Positions 42,980 through 43,758 of a DNA stretch of 43,758 bases are shown piece by piece; position 1 is the stretch's first letter, and every line of letters starts with the position of its first letter. This stretch comes from an uncultured delta proteobacterium. GTDB lineage: Bacteria > Desulfobacterota > Syntrophobacteria > Syntrophobacterales > Syntrophobacteraceae. Where the stretch lies: the NCBI GenBank assembly GCA_963808625.1, contig CAWEHK010000003.1, forward strand, positions 1 to 43,758, written 5' to 3'. Below the pieces are notes generated by a model. That model was not told where the DNA came from. It saw only the letters and a list, made by a program, of their open reading frames with translations, and ran no database searches. The position numbers and the translations under genes were made by a program.

Positions 42980-43294
42980 TTATCCCCTTCTTGTGTAACC
43001 CTCAACCCATTTTTCAGGTCTCTTGGAGGGATCATAGACCGTGATCAGCAGCAACTCCTGTGGATCAGCTTTTATCGTACACACGGCATGAATGGGCCTG
43101 GAGCCACAAAATCCCAGAACCAGGCAACTTTGCCCTCGTTGGTCATCGGGATAACTCTCAATAATCGTGCAGGCCTTTAGAGCAGCTTCCAACTCCCAAA
43201 CAAAAATCATATCGAGTTCTCGTTCTCGCTCTGCATGTTTTGAGAACTCATACTTCCCCGTAAGAACAAGAGACCTAATCTCTTTCGCATCCAA
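42980..43294 (-). CDS. DUF4258 family protein (putative toxin)
   Basis: FSKHAERE..IIESYPDD..SCLVLG..PIHAV..ITVYDP. Confidence 0.88.
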   Translation of the reverse strand: MDAKEIRSLVLTGKYEFSKHAERERELDMIFVWELEAALKACTIIESYPDDQRGQSCLVLGFCGSRPIHAVCTIKADPQELLLITVYDPSKRPEKWVEGYTRRG

Positions 43295-43758
43295 AAGAGC
43301 GAATTCCTTTCTGGGTAGGGCTCAGAAGAGTAAGATGGCCAACATCAGCAGCATGAGCATATCCCCCCGCCACCTGGCAAGGGCTGGAAATCCGCGTTGC
43401 AACACAAGCAAAACGGACGCCTGTTTGCGATGAGCTGTACTTGGAATCCCCACGCCCTATTCTAACATGCACTTTCTTTTCTGCATATTTCCATACTCAT
43501 TGCGAAAAAACCTAACTTCTCAATCAGTGTGCGGGCACAGGCTCATCTGCAGCGTCCGGATTTCCGCTAGAAGCGTGCGAAAAGAATGACGATCTGAGGC
43601 TCAGATGGTTCCTTCTGCACTTGGGGTTATGGCGAAGAGACAAATAACCTTATCCACGCAGTCACACCAAGGAAGACGAAGCAAAAAGAAGCAACGTTTG
43701 GGATCCCAAGGCTACTTCTATTCCAGTTTTGTGATTCGTGTGTCTTCGTGGTTTTTCT

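Overview
GC-rich bacterial window, probably an anaerobic Desulfobacterota (Syntrophobacter-like; this is inference). Many core genes carry single-base frameshifts that look like long-read assembly errors. Core content: an uncharacterised five-gene membrane operon (small FtsX permease, LolD-like ATPase, giant pseudo-M28/FtsX permease, DUF6785-like protein, OPT-like transporter), a fused TIGR04282/TIGR04283-type glycosyltransferase with an in-frame palindromic insertion, a Na+/solute-symporter-PAS-histidine kinase, a cobalamin riboswitch with cobT, a queuosine salvage gene, a LIV-type ABC operon, an enoyl-CoA hydratase and purN. Accessory content: several TA modules, a TIR gene interrupted by an IS1634 that is itself interrupted by an IS91-family element, and many REP/MITE/heptamer repeats. 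The main observation is two homologous integrase-less leaders (about 14605-14959 and 29005-29408). Each ends in an attI-like G/TT site and is followed by a stuttered GGGTCGGRCCAAG end and a HUH (RAYT-like) transposase remnant. One copy holds an attC-bounded gene cassette inserted exactly at G/TT; the other is the empty site.
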